Shown piece by piece: positions 60,995-64,000 of a stretch of DNA of 64,000 bases (positions within the stretch are counted from its first letter, which is position 1; every line of letters starts with the position of its first letter). This DNA comes from Candidatus Hydrogenedentota bacterium. Lineage in GTDB: Bacteria > Hydrogenedentota > Hydrogenedentia > Hydrogenedentales > SLHB01. Both the position numbers and the translations under genes were made by a program. The notes under the pieces were generated by a model, which worked only from the letters and a program-made list of their open reading frames with translations, had not been told where the DNA came from and did no database searches. The stretch is taken from the NCBI GenBank assembly GCA_963745075.1, contig CAVUWV010000010.1:384001-448000 (forward strand), in the 5' to 3' direction.

Positions 60995-61777
60995 TTGAGT
61001 CACGATCCATTTGTAATAGCGGGACGCGAATTTCGGTCGCGGTTGATGATCGGGACGGGGAAATTCCCGTCCACGGAATCGTTGCGCGCCGCGTTGGACG
61101 CGTCGGACGCGGAAATCGTGACGGTAGCGTTGCGCCGGGCGGACCTGACCAACCCCGCGGGTGACGGTATCCTGTCCGCCATCGATTCGTCGAAGCATCT
61201 GCTGTTGCCGAACACGTCCGGCGCGCGAACCGCCGAGGAAGCGGTGCGGCTGGCGAAGCTGGCGCGTGCGGCCGGGTGCGAACCGTGGGTCAAACTCGAA
61301 TTGACACCCGAGCCGCGCTATCTCCTGCCCGATCCCATCGAGACCTTGCGCGCGGCGGAAATGCTAGTCAAAGATGGGTTCGTGGTCTTGCCCTACATCC
61401 AGGCCGACCCGATCCTCGCGAAACGATTGGAGGAAGCGGGCACGGCCACCGTCATGCCGTTGGGCGCGCCCATCGGCAGCAACCGCGGCGTCAAAACGCG
61501 CGACCTCATCAAGATCATCGTCGAACAAGCCACCGTGCCGGTCGTCGTGGACGCGGGTCTCGGCGCGCCGTCTCACGTGGCTGAGTCGATGGAACTCGGC
61601 GCAGATGCCGTGTTGGTGAACACCGCGCTCGCCGACGCGCGCGATCACGGCGCCATGGCCAAAGCCTTCGCCATGGCCACGGAAGCCGGCCGCATGGCCT
61701 ATGTCGCCGGCCTCGGCCCCGAACGGGACGCGGCCGAAGCGTCCTCGCCGCTCACGGGTTTCCTGGATTCGCTATAA
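60995..61777 (+). CDS. thiG: Thiazole synthase
   Basis: [49 protein letters not shown]. Confidence 0.97.
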   Translation: MSHDPFVIAGREFRSRLMIGTGKFPSTESLRAALDASDAEIVTVALRRADLTNPAGDGILSAIDSSKHLLLPNTSGARTAEEAVRLAKLARAAGCEPWVKLELTPEPRYLLPDPIETLRAAEMLVKDGFVVLPYIQADPILAKRLEEAGTATVMPLGAPIGSNRGVKTRDLIKIIVEQATVPVVVDAGLGAPSHVAESMELGADAVLVNTALADARDHGAMAKAFAMATEAGRMAYVAGLGPERDAAEASSPLTGFLDSL

Positions 61778-61864
61778 GCGCATCCCGAAAGGGTTGATCG
61801 GACGGATCCGTCCGATCGGTCCGCTCCGTCGGATGGGCCAGGTGGCGGACCCAAAACAGAAAGG

Positions 61865-62317
61865 TCACGGCATGGTCTTCTTTGTCTCTTTCCCGTAGCG
61901 GACCAGGAGGGCCTTGACGATCCGCACGGTGTCGGTGGGGGCGGGGCCGAACTCGGGGCGGTCGTCGGGATCGCGGAATTCCTGGTAGCGATCGGTGTTG
62001 GGGACTTCCGACTTGTTGCTGGAGACGTAGACCAGTGCGTCCGCGCCGCGATCCATGGCGGCACGGATCATTTTCTTCTGCATGCGTTCAACGCCGACTT
62101 TGTTGGCCTGGGCCCGCGCGGTCAGCTTTCCGATCACGGTGTAGGGTTGTTCGATGTCTTCGAGCGCGAACAAGACGTCCACCTTGTCGGACGGCGCGAA
62201 GACGTCGCCATCATACTCGAGTGTCGTGCAGGAGCTGCCGTAGACGGCCAGCACTACGCAGGCAAGCGGAGCCCAAGGTGTAACGCGCCACCGATCCGAA
62301 GTCTTCCATGCGCTCAT
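61865..62317 (-). CDS. Hypothetical lipoprotein-like protein
   Basis: Hydrophobic segment ending SSC; PYTVIG.L, A...GADA motif. Confidence 0.6.
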   Translation of the reverse strand: MSAWKTSDRWRVTPWAPLACVVLAVYGSSCTTLEYDGDVFAPSDKVDVLFALEDIEQPYTVIGKLTARAQANKVGVERMQKKMIRAAMDRGADALVYVSSNKSEVPNTDRYQEFRDPDDRPEFGPAPTDTVRIVKALLVRYGKETKKTMP

Positions 62318-62348
62318 TTCAAATACTCCGTTTATTCTCCCATTCACT

Positions 62349-62630
62349 CTAGACCTTGCGCCCGGCGATCGTCACGACGAGTCCGCCCGCGATGGCGACG
62401 GCCGCCGGCCCCAGCAATAGCACCCAGCCCACATAGCGGATGTAGATTGGCGGGATTCGGAGATGGGTACGAAACCTGGAGCTGAAATGCATTTTCGACA
62501 CCAGGTCCGGATACCAGATTAACCAGCACGCAACCATTATATAAACGAGTGCGTAGAACCCGGCCCACGTGTTCTTGGTGCTCGTGAGAGCAAGCCATAC
62601 ATATAACAACCCGATACAAAGCGAGATCAT
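62349..62630 (-). CDS. Small hypothetical membrane protein
   Basis: Three hydrophobic segments; ends P..IRYVGWVLLL. Confidence 0.5.
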   Translation of the reverse strand: MISLCIGLLYVWLALTSTKNTWAGFYALVYIMVACWLIWYPDLVSKMHFSSRFRTHLRIPPIYIRYVGWVLLLGPAAVAIAGGLVVTIAGRKV

Positions 62631-62656
62631 ACGCTCTCGTTGTGACGAAGAAGTAT

Positions 62657-63595
62657 TCATTTGGCTCCCATGACTTCGGTAACGGGAAAGCGCCCCAGGC
62701 GAACTTCGTTGGTTCGGTTGGGGCGAGCCGCTTCGAAGTAGACGAAGATCTCGTCGCCTACGCGCATCCAGTGCGAGTAGCGCCACGTGTTGTGCAACTC
62801 GCCCGGGGTTGTGCTGACCAGCAGCGGCGCCGCGGGCGTGAGATCGTGAAAGTCTGTCAAGTCCGGCGTGTAGGCCAGGCCGGTGCAGATATTGTAGTTC
62901 GGGTCATACCATCCCAGTGCGGACCCTTCGTACACGAACAGGTATCCCACGGCCATGGGGAGAACGCTCGCGGGCCGGGTATACATGTTGTGCCAACCGC
63001 GGTTCTCGAAAATGGGCAGTGCACCGACCGGCGACCACGATTCACCGTCCGGGCTGACGAAATGATAGGTCCGCTCGATGCGGTCGAGTCCGATAACGAA
63101 CATGTGCCAATCGTTTCGGATGCGCAGGATCACCGGATCCTTGTAGCCCGCGATCTGGATCGTGTCATCGTCTTCCGGGTCGGCCTGCAACACGGGCCGG
63201 GCGGTCGACGCGTCGAAGGCGTCCGGACTCTCGGCGTCGTCGAACCGCATTACCGTCCAGCCTCGATCCAAACTCGCGCAACAATAGAGTCGGTATATGC
63301 CGTCGGCGGGATCCCACAGGAGGGTCGGCCGCTCAAACCCCGGGACCTTGGCATCCTCGCGCGTGAGGTGGGCGATGGGCTCGAAATTCACGCCGTCGGG
63401 ACTTCGGAGGATCCGGATTTCGTATCCGCGATGTCCTTTCGGGGATAGACCCTCCCGCATCCGGGCGGCCATGAAAAAGGCGCCGTCCGGCCCGCGGGTA
63501 ACCGAAGGCGCACCGGCCCACCACTCCGGCGTATCTTCATCCGGTTCCAACACGACCGTGTAGTTCGCCATGGCGGCTACAATCTGCGACAACAT
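62657..63595 (-). CDS. Five-bladed beta-propeller glycosidase-like protein (GH43/GH130-like clan)
   Basis: WAGAPS, S.DGVNF, ERPTL, KDP, S.DGESW, WRYS motifs; AAGGAG RBS. Confidence 0.65.
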   Translation of the reverse strand: MLSQIVAAMANYTVVLEPDEDTPEWWAGAPSVTRGPDGAFFMAARMREGLSPKGHRGYEIRILRSPDGVNFEPIAHLTREDAKVPGFERPTLLWDPADGIYRLYCCASLDRGWTVMRFDDAESPDAFDASTARPVLQADPEDDDTIQIAGYKDPVILRIRNDWHMFVIGLDRIERTYHFVSPDGESWSPVGALPIFENRGWHNMYTRPASVLPMAVGYLFVYEGSALGWYDPNYNICTGLAYTPDLTDFHDLTPAAPLLVSTTPGELHNTWRYSHWMRVGDEIFVYFEAARPNRTNEVRLGRFPVTEVMGAK

Positions 63596-63745
63596 GTACT
63601 GCAACTCCTTGTAAGCGTGTCGGGATCATACCAAATATCCGAACGACCATTCCCGGCTTTCCCCGCCGTGGGATCTGGGTTACAATGGACGGCGTTGAAT
63701 GGTGCCGGATTGCTGAAGCGATGTTCCAACCCCAGGAGGTGATGC

Positions 63746-64000
63746 ATGTCCAGGGATCGAGTGAGTCGCAGAGAATTCATGCGGGATGCCGCCGTACTCA
63801 CGGGAGGTATCGCGGCCGCATCCGGTCCGGCGTTAGCGCAAGCGTCGCCGGAGATAAAGGTTCCAACCTCCGTCCTGGGGCGGACCGGCGTAGAAGTATC
63901 CCGCCTGGGCATTGGATGCGCGCACTTTCAGCGCCCGCAAGTGACGCCGGACGACGTCCACGCGGCGATGCACCGCGGGTTGGAGTGCGGCGTAACGTAT
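63746..64000 (+). CDS. Tat-exported aldo/keto reductase, 3' truncated by window (not in the ORF track)
   Basis: Translates MSRDRVSRREFMRDAA...LGRTGVEVSRLGIGC...GVTY; AGGAGG RBS. Confidence 0.85.
   Translation, partial: MSRDRVSRREFMRDAAVLTGGIAAASGPALAQASPEIKVPTSVLGRTGVEVSRLGIGCAHFQRPQVTPDDVHAAMHRGLECGVTY

Noticed and set aside
94..63448. Numerous long antisense or alternate-frame ORFs (e.g. 94-1203, 8998-10344, 20159-21556, 36771-38174, 57478-59067)
   Set aside because: Shadows of real genes in high-GC DNA; no recognisable motifs
1..64000. tRNA, rRNA, integrase, transposase or reverse transcriptase genes
   Set aside because: None recognisable by eye; the RHS near-duplicates do not show adenine-specific variation, so a DGR is not supported

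Overview
A GC-rich bacterial chromosomal segment. Gene content (H-X9-DG prepilin-like protein, CFI-box-like C-terminal domain, DUF2961, GH106-like, DUF6807, TMTC-like TPR protein) tentatively suggests Candidatus Hydrogenedentota or a PVC-like lineage; this is inference. The window appears to hold the replication origin: DnaA boxes and a B. subtilis-type basal unwinding motif sit upstream of dnaN, with no dnaA in the window, and two parS sites lie inside rsmG about 19 kb away. Housekeeping and metabolic genes include gadB, dnaN, a GspE/PilB ATPase, comB, guaA, guaB, cimA, apgM, rsmG, thiG, a sugar ABC transporter, glycosidases and a VapBC-type pair. The accessory region (about 12.3-19.9 kb) is an array of N-truncated RHS toxin/immunity cassettes whose RHS core carries an inserted, variable lectin-like domain; small palindromes inserted there mostly preserve the reading frame. 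The most intriguing uncharacterised system is a secreted beta-rich domain family. It occurs as a single-domain gene (40.3 kb) with sigma54-like and sigma70-like promoters, a structured ~210-nt leader and a strong terminator, and as a 4x tandem putative lipoprotein (10.6 kb), possibly a surface fibre or S-layer system. Also present are an IMPase fused to a histone-H1-like tail and several REP-like families. Six single-base frameshifts are probably long-read assembly errors. All calls come from reading motifs; no database searches were run.
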